64,000 bases of DNA from the human T2T-CHM13v2.0 reference genome, Homo sapiens, in the NCBI RefSeq assembly GCF_009914755.1, contig NC_060938.1; one strand, 5' to 3'. Both the position numbers and the translations under genes were made by a program. Below are positions 63,790-64,000 of the stretch, in pieces. The notes under the pieces were generated by a model. It was not told the DNA's origin. It was given only the letters and a program-made list of their open reading frames with translations, and did no database searches. Numbering within the stretch: position 1 is the first letter of the stretch; the number at the start of each line of letters is the position of its first letter.

Positions 63790-64000
63790 GAGCTCTTCAG
63801 TCTTTTTCCCACCAAATACTAAGAGATAATCACTATCATAATCTGACCTGTATCTTTCCCAGGCTGTTTACCTGTGCCATAGAATAGATACAATATTGAT
63901 TTTTTTGTGGTTTCTTTTTCACATAAATGGTCATAGAGTACATATAACTCTACAACTTGCCCTTTTCATTTTACAATATATTTTTAGATCAATCCATGTG
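63790..64000 (-). mobile_element. Ancient L1ME 3' fragment
   Basis: AGAGATAATCACTATC...ACATAAATGGTCAT...CAACTTGCCCTTTTCATT..ACAATATAT...ATCAATCCATGTG. Confidence 0.65.

Overview
This is 64 kb of primate (ape-like, probably human) non-coding DNA, either intronic or intergenic. I could not recognise any protein-coding exon, rRNA/tRNA/snRNA gene or CRISPR array, and I cannot name the locus. Much of the window is interspersed repeat: about 17 Alu copies or fragments (J, S and Y types, many with readable target-site duplications, TSDs), L1 fragments from a young L1PA3-like piece to ancient L1M/HAL1, L2, MIR, LTR33/LTR16/MLT1/MER34-type LTRs, and the DNA transposons MER5, MER53, MER58, MER112-like and Tigger3. 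The most striking feature is a 41-copy, 27-bp minisatellite (7524-8638) with polar variant structure. It has five open frames, one of which reads as a mucin-like (SIAPTNSST)n inside a frameshifted Ser/Thr tract. Other oddities: a 19-bp ultra-truncated Alu with a perfect 17-bp TSD, an Alu monomer with a 5' fold-back, internally deleted and half-deleted Alus, a 96-bp tandem duplication, a CpG-enriched repeat-free block with CTCF-like motifs (about 30.8-32.4 kb), several enhancer-like islands and a weak kringle-like peptide remnant. Repeat subfamily names come from remembered consensus sequences, and boundaries of old elements are approximate. I found no well-supported new biological system.
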